Virus record (IMG/VR): IMGVR_UViG_3300007542_000024
Length of the DNA: 64,000 nucleotides
Direction: 5' to 3' (one strand)
From: an uncultured virus (IMG/VR IMGVR_UViG_3300007542_000024)
Lineage: Duplodnaviria; Heunggongvirae; Uroviricota; Caudoviricetes
Shown here: piece after piece, positions 48,707 to 57,476 of the stretch
Numbering within the stretch: position 1 is the stretch's first letter
How the letters are laid out: every line of letters starts with the position of its first letter
Made by a program: the position numbers and the translations under genes
Notes under the pieces: model-generated
What the model saw: the letters and a program-made list of their open reading frames with translations, nothing else
Databases searched by the model: none
Told to the model about the DNA's origin: nothing

Positions 48707-49195
48707 ATGCTCTCTGCGCCGCTACAGGATGCCTTCATCGCCGAGCTGGAGAAGATCGCCTTCCTCAAGACCCTCCGGCGGGCCAAGCCCAAGACGCCGC
48801 CGAAGCGCGTACGTCGCTTCCGGGTGAAGGCCAACTCCGGGCACCAGCCCGGGGTCGTGCGCAACGGCTACCTCGAGGCACCGCCCTCCCAAGCGGAGAC
48901 CAACCGCATCGCTCGGCAGTTCCTCAAGGACCTCGAGAAGCGGTCCTTCGCCAAGGTGGTCACGAAGAACACCACCCGCGTGGCCCGTAGTGGTTGGGAG
49001 AAGGCAGTGCGCCCCAATCCGTCCGGGATGATCAACCAGACACGCGCCTGGACCATCCGCCCGCGTGGAGCCCCCGCCGCATCCCAGCGCGCCACCTCCA
49101 AGCCCACCAAGCTGAAGGGGTGGGTGCGTCGCAGCACCAAGGAAGAGGTCCGTGCGGGGCCGCGCCCCGCGCTGGCGCGGGGCGCAGTCAGCTGA
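48707..49195 (+). CDS. Very basic protein with AFIAELEKIA leader
   Basis: 162 aa, Arg/Lys-rich; exact start uncertain. Confidence 0.7.
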   Translation: MLSAPLQDAFIAELEKIAFLKTLRRAKPKTPPKRVRRFRVKANSGHQPGVVRNGYLEAPPSQAETNRIARQFLKDLEKRSFAKVVTKNTTRVARSGWEKAVRPNPSGMINQTRAWTIRPRGAPAASQRATSKPTKLKGWVRRSTKEEVRAGPRPALARGAVS

Positions 49196-49214
49196 CGTGG
49201 GGTAGTATGGGGCC

Positions 49215-50126
49215 ATGCTCGTTCCCGTCAACATCCGGGTCTGGACCCTCTCCCGCGACTCCCTGACCATCTCCTGGGCGTTCCGCAACACCACGGCAGC
49301 GCTGGGCGACTACAGCATCACGGTGCTGCGGTCTGGTTCCGCTGCGGGAGGGTACGAGGAGATCTCGAGCGCCTTCGCGGCAGACGCGACCGTGGAGTTC
49401 GTGGACTCCGAGGTAGTCCTGCACTCCAAGTGGCGGGAGTATTTCTACCGGCTGCGGGTCACGGCGCCCGATGGCTCGACCACGGACTTCGGCTCGGTGG
49501 ACTACAAGAGGGTCCTGGCTGGAGACGACGCCGGCGGCGTCGTGCTGGAGAGCTTGCCCGACCTGGTGGCCCTCGAGGCCATCCGGCGTTTCGACATGCT
49601 CCTGCAGACCAAGATCGGGCGGGAGCTCCTGGTGCTCAACCACAGGTCCACTGGGCAGCGCTGTGCCGAGTGTTGGGACAACTTGAAGAGGCGACGTACC
49701 AAGAGCAAGTGCCTGACCTGCTACGGCGTGGGGGTCTCCGGGGGGTACTACTTCCCCAAGCAGGCCTGGGCCGCCAAGGTACCCCACCGGGCATCCGTAC
49801 AGCTCACCCCGCTGTTCGAGATGCAGAACAACGACGCGCTCCTGTGGATGTCGTCGCGTCCACGGGTGGTCCCGCGTGACCTGGTCATCGATGCTGATGG
49901 GCGGCGCTGGCGCGTCATCGACATTCAGCGGCACGAGAAGCTGTGGGCTCTCACCCGACAGACCGTGCAGGTGCGCGAGCTGTCCAAGGACCAGGTGGAG
50001 TACGACATCCCGATCTCGGCTGACGAGTGGGACATCGACCCGGTGGCGGCCACGCCCTACAGGCAGTACATCAATGCTACGAACCTCGACAGTCACCGTC
50101 GAGCGAAGCGGGAGCTTGGCCTATGA
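49215..50126 (+). CDS. Putative head-closure/neck protein with N-terminal FN3-like domain
   Basis: LTISW...YSITVLRS...YFYRLRV; CAEC...CLTCYG Zn motif; PRDLVID...RWRV. Confidence 0.55.
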   Translation: MLVPVNIRVWTLSRDSLTISWAFRNTTAALGDYSITVLRSGSAAGGYEEISSAFAADATVEFVDSEVVLHSKWREYFYRLRVTAPDGSTTDFGSVDYKRVLAGDDAGGVVLESLPDLVALEAIRRFDMLLQTKIGRELLVLNHRSTGQRCAECWDNLKRRRTKSKCLTCYGVGVSGGYYFPKQAWAAKVPHRASVQLTPLFEMQNNDALLWMSSRPRVVPRDLVIDADGRRWRVIDIQRHEKLWALTRQTVQVRELSKDQVEYDIPISADEWDIDPVAATPYRQYINATNLDSHRRAKRELGL

Positions 50127-50674
50127 TCATGCCCACCCTCTCCGTCGCAACCGTCCGCGCCTTCCAAGGCGAGCTGGTCAAGATCGCGAAGGTGACCCCA
50201 GCTACCGTGGCCCTCGGGGCGCTCGCGGGAGGCAGCGCTGGGGCACTGGCGCACAAGCACTACACCAAGGACGAGCGGTCGAAGGACGAACTGCTGCGGG
50301 ACCTGAAGCGCATGCCCGAGAAGACCTACCAGGCTCGGCGCAAGGAGCGGGGTGCGCGCACGGCAGGCGCGGCGGCGCTCGGCGCCATGACGGGCGCGGG
50401 GGCTCCCGTGCTCTACAGGGAGGCGGCCCGAGCTGTTGGGCGCGCAGTGGACCGCACGGTCAAGCCCACGCTGCAGACGGCCAAGAGCGGGATCGACGAC
50501 TCCGTTGAGAAGGGCGTCGCCGAGTACGACCGCATGCTGCAGCGCCAGGCCGACTACCTGCTCGACCAGCTCCGCGGTCCGCGGGGGGCACGCGCCGCCG
50601 AGACCCTCGGGGAGAGTGCGCGCAAGGGCTTCCTGCCCAGGTTCCTCCGCCGGCGGAGGGCCAACCCGCAGTGA
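50123..50674 (+). CDS. Glycine-zipper protein with AFQGELVKIA leader (183 aa)
   Basis: ATG 50123, ATGA-coupled; VALGALAGGSAGALA, AGAAALGAMTGAG. Confidence 0.75.
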   Translation: MIMPTLSVATVRAFQGELVKIAKVTPATVALGALAGGSAGALAHKHYTKDERSKDELLRDLKRMPEKTYQARRKERGARTAGAAALGAMTGAGAPVLYREAARAVGRAVDRTVKPTLQTAKSGIDDSVEKGVAEYDRMLQRQADYLLDQLRGPRGARAAETLGESARKGFLPRFLRRRRANPQ

Positions 50675-51264
50675 GCCTCTCCCTGACCAGACACGCCTTC
50701 GAGGTCGAGCTCACCAAGATCGCCCAGCACAAGTGGCGCAAGGTGGAGAAGCCTCCTGTCGCCCTCGATGCCGCGGCGGCCATCGCTACCGGGCTCGGGC
50801 TCGGCGCGACGGGCTACATGGGCGCGCGTTTCGGGTACCCGAAGCTGATGAAGCTCCTCGGACGGCCGGTGGAGCGCCCCTCCAAGAAGGCTCGCGCCAT
50901 CGCTGCCCTCTTGGCAGGGCTGGCAGGAATGGGCACACTGGAACTCGGCAGGAGATGGGTGAATGACAAGACCCGGCCAGCAAGCGGCATACGAGCTCGT
51001 CGAGCAGTACAACCCGATCACGGGCAACTGGCTCGCGGACACGAAGGACATCCTGCTCAGGTTCCTCCAAGACTTCTTCTATCAGATGCCGGCGGGGATG
51101 GACCTGTTCCACTTCGAACCGGGGGAGGAGGACTACAGCACGGCGGAGACGGAGACGGAGCTGATCGTTTCCGACGCCGGAGCGGTAGGTACCGATACCG
51201 TGGAGACGCGCCCGGCGATCTTGATTTCGCGGGGCCCATTCGCCTACGGCAACGTCAGTCTTGA
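50671..51264 (+). CDS. Glycine-zipper protein with AFEVELTKIA leader
   Basis: Two hydrophobic segments in the first 100 aa; 3' half overlaps the next gene by about 300 nt. Confidence 0.65.
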   Translation: MSLSLTRHAFEVELTKIAQHKWRKVEKPPVALDAAAAIATGLGLGATGYMGARFGYPKLMKLLGRPVERPSKKARAIAALLAGLAGMGTLELGRRWVNDKTRPASGIRARRAVQPDHGQLARGHEGHPAQVPPRLLLSDAGGDGPVPLRTGGGGLQHGGDGDGADRFRRRSGRYRYRGDAPGDLDFAGPIRLRQRQS

Positions 51265-51736
51265 CCAGCTGCTCGAGCAGGACCTCGCCTCTGGAAATCG
51301 CACGCACACGGATCTGCTCTCGGGCTCCTTCGTGGTAAACTGCGTCTCGAAGATCGGCCTGGAGGCCGAGAAGCTGGCGTTGCTGGTGGCCAAGGCCATC
51401 CGCATGTACCGGCGTCAGCTGCAGGTGGCTGGGTTCTTCTACATCGGTCACATGATCCAGGTCGGCCAGGAATCGCCCGCCGGCACCCTCGTCTCCGGTG
51501 ACTCCGAAGAGGATTTCGTCACCGTCTCCGTCACCTTCCCTGTCTACTACCAGGAGTCCTGGACCGTCACACAGGATGCAGAAACCCTCGCGAGGATCCG
51601 CTTCATCGTGGCCCACCTCGCGCGAAAGATGGACGGCTCCCTCGTCTACCCCGACTCGGTGGATGACAACGGAGATCCCATCGAGGGCGCTGATGGCGTT
51701 ATACTGACCACCTGGACCTACCCGGAAGAGTCCTAG
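50963..51736 (+). CDS. Putative tail terminator/completion protein
   Basis: 257 aa directly before the sheath; RPAILISRG and GSFVVNC fit this class. Confidence 0.55.
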   Translation: MTRPGQQAAYELVEQYNPITGNWLADTKDILLRFLQDFFYQMPAGMDLFHFEPGEEDYSTAETETELIVSDAGAVGTDTVETRPAILISRGPFAYGNVSLDQLLEQDLASGNRTHTDLLSGSFVVNCVSKIGLEAEKLALLVAKAIRMYRRQLQVAGFFYIGHMIQVGQESPAGTLVSGDSEEDFVTVSVTFPVYYQESWTVTQDAETLARIRFIVAHLARKMDGSLVYPDSVDDNGDPIEGADGVILTTWTYPEES

Positions 51737-51754
51737 CCCTCCGAAGGAGCCCTC

Positions 51755-54700
51755 ATGTCCATCACCCGCCCCGGCATCCAGGTCAGCACGACCGAGACCA
51801 CGTCCAGCCCCACCATCGTCCAGCCCACGCTGAGGGCCTGCCTCATCGGCCCCTGCTTCCGGCTCATCGATGCCTTCGACGACGAGGGTGCGCTGGACAG
51901 CGATGCCTACGCCGGGACCTACCGTGACGGGTACGGCACCATCGCCTACGACCTCCCCTCCTTCGGGGCCGAGGACGACCTGACCGGCTTCGACGACGAG
52001 GTCCGGGTGTTCCTGGTCAACTCGGACGACAGCTACACCGAGCTCAACAGCTCGTCCGACGAGGAGACCCTCGAGGCCGGCACGGGGGACTACACCCAGG
52101 CATCGGGCGTGTTCGAGGATGGAGCGGCGCTGTTCGAGAGCGAAGGCGTCGAGGCCGGCGACGTGGTGCGGCTCGCCTACATGGGCGTGACCTACGACAT
52201 CGTGATCGAGTCGGTCGATGGCGAGACCCTGCTCACCATCGACAACACCGGGGTACCCGAGAACCTCAGCAACGTCGCCTACACGGTGGTGCGCAACCCT
52301 GCGCAGTTCGCCTACCAGTCCTCGGCGCAGCAGTCCTACGTCCTGCTCGGCGAGGAGGGGGACTACCTCTCCATCCAGACCCAGCCGTTGGGCGACTACG
52401 CCGGCTCGACCGGCGACGGCCTCTCCTTGACCCTGCAGGAGACCTCGGCCTACACCTCCGGTGCAGACCTGGCCTACGGCGACTGCGTCTTCTACGACTC
52501 CGACGCGGACAAGTCCTTCGAGACCGCGGTGGACCTCGAGGACACCAACTACCTGTTCATCGGGGCAGGCCCCGGAACGACCCTCACCGCCATCACCGCG
52601 GTCTACGACGACAACACCCTGATCGTGGCCACGGGCGAAGGCGCGGACCAGACCGGGCTGAGCTACGTGGTCGGCAAGCAGACCGACAGCGGCGACAACG
52701 GCGCCACCGCGGGCGGGGACGAGACCGCCTTCTCTGCCGCGGGGCAGAACTTCCTGACCTCCATCCCCCAGGTCGGAGGGGCTGGCACGGCCCCGCTGGC
52801 GGACACCTTCCTCTACATCAGCGGCGTCGGCGTGTACCAGATCACCGAGGTGACCAGCGACGAGGCGCTGGTCATCGCGGCGGGCGCCGGAGCGGGCCTG
52901 TCGGGCAAGGACTTCGAGACCGTCGAGGTCATCCAGGCCGACACCACGGGCTGCTTCTTCGACGACGATGAGCTGCTCTCCCCGTCCGACGACTTCTCCG
53001 ACGTCCCGGCCGAGGTGACCGACTACGACGTGGTCGTGGGCGGCGTGGGCTACACCATCGCCTCCATCGCCGCGGGTAAGGTCACCGTCGATGCGGCCCT
53101 GCCCGGGGACGGCGGAGCCGCGCAGAGCTACGGGGTCTACATCACCGACGCGGACCTGCTGGTGCAGTGGGATGCCACGGCCGAGACCCTGACCGTGACC
53201 CTCGCCCGGGCCGACGGCCTGAGTGTCGGCACTCTGGACAGCCTCTACGATGCGCTCACCAATGACGAGGCCGAGGGCTACGATGCGGACGTGGCCGAGG
53301 TGTTCACCGCGGCCGAGGAGGTCGGAAGCGGTGACCTGACCGACTACCTGGGCACCTACACCTTCGACGGCGGCGCCGACGCGGACCAGCTCCTGCTCGA
53401 TGCCGACCTGATGGGGTCCACGGTCCCCACCGGGCGGGTCTACGTCAGCTACAAGGCGCTGCGCCTGGACGTCACCCCGGCGGCCGAGGAGCCGCAGCTG
53501 CTGTCCTACGAGAGCACCACCGAGTCGGTGGCTGCTCTGGGCGCGGCCAACGCCGAGAACCCCCTCTCCCTGGCCTTCTACAAGGCGCTGCAGAACGCCA
53601 CCGGCAAGAGCGTGGCGGGCATCGGCGTCGATGACGTCTCGGCCGCGCGCCCCATGGGCACCGCCGAGGCCTACGACGCCGCCTTCTCGTTCCTCGAGGG
53701 CGAGAGCGTGTACTTCCTGGTACCGCTCACCCAGGACGTGGTGGTCCAGCAGGCCCTGCAGGTCCACGTCGAGGCCATGTCGGAGCCGGAGAACAAGGCG
53801 TTCCGCTGCTGCCTCATCAACCAGGTGCTCCCCGAGTACTCCTCGGCCACCCTGGTCAGCTCGGGCACCGACCTGAACACCGAGGCGGACTTCGCCACCA
53901 CCGGGACCATGACGGCCAGCGTGGACTTCGTGGCCGCGGGGGTCGAGGCGGGCGACATCGTCATCGTGGCGGCGTTGGCCGACTCCGCCAGCTCCCCGGA
54001 CGTGGCCTACGGCACCCAGGGGCCGCTGTACGGCTTCGTGGTCGAGGAGGTCGGTCCGGACGACGACAACTTCACCCTCACCCTGGACGTCGCGGACCAC
54101 GCTGCATTGGCGGCGCTCTGGGCTTCCCAGGTGGACGTCAGCTTCTCCATCTACCGCAGTGGGTCGGCGATCTCCACGGCGTCCGCCCAGGCCACCGCGC
54201 TGGCCGAGATCGGCCCCAACTTCGACTCCGCTCGCGTGGTCCTGGTGTGGCCCGACGAGGTCCTGGCCAGCATCGACAGCACCGAGCAGGCCATCGAGGG
54301 CTTCTACCTGGCGGCCGCGGTCGCCGGCAAGAAGTCCAGGCTGCCTCCGCAGCGCGGGCTGACCAACTCCACCGTGGCGGGCTTCACCGGCCTGCGGCAC
54401 TCCAGCGGGTACTTCAGCAGCAGCCAGCTCGACGAGATCGCGGGCGGCGGTACGATGATCTTCATGCAGGAGACGGCTGGGGGTGCGCTCAAGTGCCGCC
54501 ACCAGCTGACCACCGACGTCGCCAGCATCGAGCGGCGTGAGTGGTCCATCCGGACGACCATCGACTACACGGCCATGTTCTTCCAGCAGTCGCTGGCACG
54601 GCAGGTCGGCGTGAACAACATCACGCAGTCCTACCTGGACAGCCTGGCCACCCAGATCCAGGGCCTGGGCCGCTACCTGGTCGAGGCGGGGGTGCTCTCC

Positions 54701-54817
54701 ACCTTCTCCATCTCCAGCATCGGCGTGGACCCGGATGCCTCCGACACCGTGAACGTCACCGTCGTCATCTCGGTGCCCTACCCCTGCAACTACATCGCCA
54801 TCGAGCTCCAGGTCTGA
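51755..54817 (+). CDS. Contractile tail sheath protein, enlarged (1020 aa)
   Basis: N-terminal RPGIQV...LIGP; C-terminal YFLVPLT, HVEAMS, YLAAAVAG, GLTN, RHQLTT, REWSI, VPYPCNYIAIEL. Confidence 0.85.
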   Translation: MSITRPGIQVSTTETTSSPTIVQPTLRACLIGPCFRLIDAFDDEGALDSDAYAGTYRDGYGTIAYDLPSFGAEDDLTGFDDEVRVFLVNSDDSYTELNSSSDEETLEAGTGDYTQASGVFEDGAALFESEGVEAGDVVRLAYMGVTYDIVIESVDGETLLTIDNTGVPENLSNVAYTVVRNPAQFAYQSSAQQSYVLLGEEGDYLSIQTQPLGDYAGSTGDGLSLTLQETSAYTSGADLAYGDCVFYDSDADKSFETAVDLEDTNYLFIGAGPGTTLTAITAVYDDNTLIVATGEGADQTGLSYVVGKQTDSGDNGATAGGDETAFSAAGQNFLTSIPQVGGAGTAPLADTFLYISGVGVYQITEVTSDEALVIAAGAGAGLSGKDFETVEVIQADTTGCFFDDDELLSPSDDFSDVPAEVTDYDVVVGGVGYTIASIAAGKVTVDAALPGDGGAAQSYGVYITDADLLVQWDATAETLTVTLARADGLSVGTLDSLYDALTNDEAEGYDADVAEVFTAAEEVGSGDLTDYLGTYTFDGGADADQLLLDADLMGSTVPTGRVYVSYKALRLDVTPAAEEPQLLSYESTTESVAALGAANAENPLSLAFYKALQNATGKSVAGIGVDDVSAARPMGTAEAYDAAFSFLEGESVYFLVPLTQDVVVQQALQVHVEAMSEPENKAFRCCLINQVLPEYSSATLVSSGTDLNTEADFATTGTMTASVDFVAAGVEAGDIVIVAALADSASSPDVAYGTQGPLYGFVVEEVGPDDDNFTLTLDVADHAALAALWASQVDVSFSIYRSGSAISTASAQATALAEIGPNFDSARVVLVWPDEVLASIDSTEQAIEGFYLAAAVAGKKSRLPPQRGLTNSTVAGFTGLRHSSGYFSSSQLDEIAGGGTMIFMQETAGGALKCRHQLTTDVASIERREWSIRTTIDYTAMFFQQSLARQVGVNNITQSYLDSLATQIQGLGRYLVEAGVLSTFSISSIGVDPDASDTVNVTVVISVPYPCNYIAIELQV

Positions 54818-55665
54818 TGTACGCCTTCCTCGGCTTTCGCAGCGAACTGAACAAGATCGCTGCCTCGGACAACCCAGACGTCACGCGAATGCTCGCGGCG
54901 GCGCTGGACTCCCAGGATCGAGCCGAGCGTCTCGAAGGCTTGCTGGACGCCTCCAAGAAGTCCGCCTACCCCAAGGCCATTGCCGCCGGGGCGCTGGCGG
55001 GCTTCGGGATGCCCTTCCTCTACGGCGTCCTGCCGACTCTCCAGGGACGCAAGGCGCTGGAGGAGGCGGTACAGCAGCGTGTCAACGAGAAGTACCTGAC
55101 CGCGGCCGTCGAGGACATCCTCGGGCTGTCCGGCAAGGATGCCCGCGGGACCGCCCAGTCCATCATGGGCTTCATGAAGTCCAAGCCAGCCGCTTGGACT
55201 TCGGCTGGCGAGGAGGCGTTGAAGTCGCTGCGGCTGGCCCGAGGCACCCAACCCGCCCAAGGCGCCTTTGCTCTGATGGGGCAGGGCGGGACTCCCATCG
55301 TCGGGCAGATGGGCTTCCGCACCTCGGGCGAAGGCCTGGCGCAGACCCTGCGCCAGGCTGGGATGGGAGGGGACGTCGCGCGGCGCTACGTCATGGAGTC
55401 CTCCCCCTCGGTGGTCCACGCCTTCCCCGAAGGGATGGAGTGGCGCAACATCATCGAGGACTCGCGTGAGGTCTACAAGCGCAAGCACGGCAAGTTGCCG
55501 AAGTCCGGTGCCCGTCTGAAGATCCTGAGCAAGATCCTGGCCGAGAAGAGCGTGGGCGCGGCGCGCAGCGCGCTTCCCTTTGCTCTCTTGGGCGGCGGAC
55601 TCGCCGCGCTTCGGGTACGTTCGAAGCGCCAGCAAGCCGAAGACCTCCGACGGAGAATCGGATGA
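54817..55665 (+). CDS. Protein with GFRSELNKIA leader and two hydrophobic segments (282 aa)
   Basis: ATG 54817, TGATG-coupled to the sheath gene. Confidence 0.75.
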   Translation: MYAFLGFRSELNKIAASDNPDVTRMLAAALDSQDRAERLEGLLDASKKSAYPKAIAAGALAGFGMPFLYGVLPTLQGRKALEEAVQQRVNEKYLTAAVEDILGLSGKDARGTAQSIMGFMKSKPAAWTSAGEEALKSLRLARGTQPAQGAFALMGQGGTPIVGQMGFRTSGEGLAQTLRQAGMGGDVARRYVMESSPSVVHAFPEGMEWRNIIEDSREVYKRKHGKLPKSGARLKILSKILAEKSVGAARSALPFALLGGGLAALRVRSKRQQAEDLRRRIG

Positions 55666-56708
55666 GCACCTCCATGACCGATCGTGAAGCCCTGATCCGC
55701 TTCCTGCAGCTCCCTGCCTCACAGCGGCAGGAGGTGGCGCAGTCCGTGCGCAAGGCCGGGAAGGCTGGCAGGGTCGCAGGCGGCGCTGCGGGCTTCACCG
55801 CGGGTGCCGTGGCCACCAGCCCGCTCATCCGAGCCATCGCCAAGGTGAAGAACCCCGTCACGCAGACCCTGCTGCTCTCCGCCACGGTGGGAGCGGGGCA
55901 CGTGGCCCCCACCATGGCAGGCGCCCGACTCGGCAAGCGAGTGGCCGAGAAGCGCCACTTCAAGGGGAAGCTGAAGCGCCTGCAGGCGCCGGCTCTCATG
56001 CAGTCGGGGTACCCCCTGCAGAAGGCAGCCCAGGACAGCCGGGAGGACATCGTACTCCGCGGCCGAACGATGGCGCATGCCTTCTACGACGAGATCGAGA
56101 AGTTGGCGGAAGCCGCCGTGCGCCGTGAGCGCTTGATGCCCAAGGAGTCTCCCGTGCAGGGTGTCCTGGGTGCCGATGTGGAGCAGGAAGACGACAAGAA
56201 CGCGCGCGCGGTCCCTGTGCTGGACCCGCCGCCTGGCTACGTGTTCTCCCCCGAGCTCGGAGCCTTCACGCCCGACCCCGCCAACCCTGGCTGGATGACG
56301 CCTGAGCAGGCCGAAGAGGCCCGCAAGCACAAGCTCTACTACGATGAGGGCTACCAGGCGGCCGCGCAGAACCAGGAAGAGGTGGCCCAGATGGAGCAGC
56401 AGGGCGCCCAGATGTCACCGCAGCCCGGGATGCCGGGTACGCCTGGCGACATCGCGGGCTCTGGTCAGGGGCCTGCAGCGATGCAGCCCGGTGCCGATCC
56501 TGCTGCCGGTCAGGCCGCAGCCGCGGGCCAGCCCGCACAACCCGGGGGCCAGGCGGCAGCGCCTGCTCCCGGCACGGAGGCGGCAGCGCAAGCTGCGGGA
56601 CAGCCCACGCCTCCCCCTGCCCCGGAGGCTGAGCAGCCGGCCTCTTCCCCGTCGCCCAAGAACAAGAAGCCTTCGTCCCGGGACATCACCATCAAGGTGA
56701 GCCGGTAG
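55662..56708 (+). CDS. Glycine-zipper protein with internal AFYDEIEKLA motif and Pro/Gln/Ala tail
   Basis: 348 aa; VAGGAAGFTAGAVA; GRTMAHAFYDEIEKLAE. Confidence 0.75.
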   Translation: MSTSMTDREALIRFLQLPASQRQEVAQSVRKAGKAGRVAGGAAGFTAGAVATSPLIRAIAKVKNPVTQTLLLSATVGAGHVAPTMAGARLGKRVAEKRHFKGKLKRLQAPALMQSGYPLQKAAQDSREDIVLRGRTMAHAFYDEIEKLAEAAVRRERLMPKESPVQGVLGADVEQEDDKNARAVPVLDPPPGYVFSPELGAFTPDPANPGWMTPEQAEEARKHKLYYDEGYQAAAQNQEEVAQMEQQGAQMSPQPGMPGTPGDIAGSGQGPAAMQPGADPAAGQAAAAGQPAQPGGQAAAPAPGTEAAAQAAGQPTPPPAPEAEQPASSPSPKNKKPSSRDITIKVSR

Positions 56709-56720
56709 AGGAGACCCCCC

Positions 56721-57476
56721 ATGGCCACGATGTCCGACTGGAACTTCTTCAACCGCAACGTACAGAGCGGCATGCTCGAGGGGCGGTTCATGAATGCGGC
56801 CTTCACGCTGGTGGCCGCGGGGCCGCCACGGCTCGCCGCAGCCGGCGTGGACGTGGAGAGCGGCGAGCTCACGGAGCTGGGCAACATCGCCTACCCCATC
56901 GGCGTGCTGCAGAGCATCAACCTGGGCCAGAACTCCAACATCGTCCGGCTGTGGGAGATCGGCTCCATGCGGAGCTACTTCGCCCGCGGGCGGACCATGG
57001 GTCAGGTCGGGCTCGGCCGCATCATGTACCACGGCCCCTCCCTGCTGCGCGTGATGTACGCCTACCTGGGCGGGCGGCTCGACACGGGCGAGGAGTTCCT
57101 CGCGCTGTACGAGAACTCGGCCAAGGCCAAGCTCAACACCAGCGGTGAGGAGGGAGGCAAGCAGGTCTACCGGCTCCCGCCGGGCTACGAGAACCTGTGG
57201 CTGGACCTGGCCTCCGACGTCTTCGACCAGCCCATCGGCCTGCTGGTCTACATGCGCGACTCCAACGAGGACACCATCGGCGCGTTCTACCTGGAGTACT
57301 GCATGATCGCCAACCACGGGTGGATGGCGGACGCCTTCGGCACCATCATGTCCGAGAACGTCGGCGTGATGTACGAGCGCATCATCCCCATCGACATCCG
57401 TGCCGTGGAGCTCATCCGGTCCAGCGAGGACGTGGAGAGCATCGTGGGCGCGAACGTGATCGGCAGCGCGGCCTAG
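56721..57476 (+). CDS. Tail tube protein (putative)
   Basis: IGVLQSINL, RLWEIGS, FYLEYCMI, SENVGVMYERI pattern of myovirus tube proteins; last gene of the late operon. Confidence 0.7.
   Translation: MATMSDWNFFNRNVQSGMLEGRFMNAAFTLVAAGPPRLAAAGVDVESGELTELGNIAYPIGVLQSINLGQNSNIVRLWEIGSMRSYFARGRTMGQVGLGRIMYHGPSLLRVMYAYLGGRLDTGEEFLALYENSAKAKLNTSGEEGGKQVYRLPPGYENLWLDLASDVFDQPIGLLVYMRDSNEDTIGAFYLEYCMIANHGWMADAFGTIMSENVGVMYERIIPIDIRAVELIRSSEDVESIVGANVIGSAA

Noticed and set aside
26955..57476. Type VI secretion system, tailocin or extracellular contractile injection system
   Set aside because: Portal, terminase, prohead protease, capsid and replication genes indicate a complete phage.
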